A model generated the notes under the pieces. It made no database searches. It had not been told where the DNA came from and saw nothing but the letters and a program-made list of their open reading frames with translations. A program made the position numbers and the translations under genes. Shown here piece after piece: positions 31,876 through 32,000 of a DNA stretch of 32,000 bases (positions within the stretch are counted from its first letter, which is position 1; every line of letters begins with the position of its first letter). This stretch comes from Candidatus Saccharimonadota bacterium (lineage in GTDB: Bacteria > Patescibacteriota > Saccharimonadia > Saccharimonadales > UBA4665): the NCBI GenBank assembly GCA_002952755.1, contig CP025011.1, forward strand, positions 270,001 through 302,000. Reading direction: 5' to 3'.

Positions 31876-32000
31876 ATGGATATTGGTATCTTAATGCATG
31901 TGTATAACGTTCAGGACCCTCATTGGGAGTACATCGCTTGGGGCGATCCCGAAACAAACCTGCTTGGCTGTTTGCCCAAACTTTGTGAGTTGCTTCTCAT
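31876..32000 (+). CDS. hypothetical protein, 3' end beyond window
   Basis: ATG 31876 lies 9 nt after the upstream stop with AGGGG upstream. The frame stays open to the window edge (MDIGILMHVYNVQDPHWEYIAWGDPETNLLG...). Confidence 0.3.
   Translation, partial: MDIGILMHVYNVQDPHWEYIAWGDPETNLLGCLPKLCELLL

Noticed and set aside
1-32000. CRISPR arrays, transposases, integrases, prophage genes or toxin-antitoxin pairs as the hidden system.
   Set aside because: No direct-repeat/spacer periodicity, no DDE or tyrosine/serine recombinase motifs, and no small adjacent gene pairs with recognisable toxin or antitoxin folds were seen. The only composition-deviant segment (22733-24139) lacks visible flanking repeats.

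Overview
The window is gene-dense, about 50-55% GC, mostly on the + strand, with many overlapping or tightly abutting genes. The gene content resembles a small-genome, possibly CPR/Saccharibacteria-like bacterium, but the taxon cannot be established from this window. The content falls into four groups. (1) An accessory left end (1-5000) has tandem NUDIX hydrolases, a divergent pair of orphan proteins, an SRPBCC protein, a membrane protein and a histidine phosphatase. (2) A cell-surface and type IV pilus (T4P) block spans 5021-15593. It holds a secreted/membrane protein and a large DUF4082 surface protein, then pilB and pilC, four translationally coupled pilin-like genes, and a separately promoted major pilin. 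Three of the four pilin-like genes carry extra beta-rich globular modules, one of them a 7-blade LVIVD beta-propeller. (3) Housekeeping genes: pyk, pgk, tpiA, pcrA, an RpfB/YabE-like wall protein, rsmA, a MarR regulator and pheA. (4) Oddities between the housekeeping genes: a lipoprotein gene frameshifted in a G4 run, a small opposite-strand gene between pgk and tpiA, and a roughly 40% GC insertion. The insertion encodes an HTH-fused EgtD-like methyltransferase and lies next to a truncated glycosyltransferase. A recurring extended -10 motif (TGnTAnnnT) sits 6-11 nt upstream of many start codons, which suggests frequent leaderless mRNAs. I found no rRNA, tRNA, CRISPR array, transposase or integrase. 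The best candidate for something undescribed is the pilus-tip module of enlarged, domain-fused minor pilins together with the neighbouring DUF4082 adhesin. All domain calls come from motif recognition by eye and need HMM or structure confirmation.
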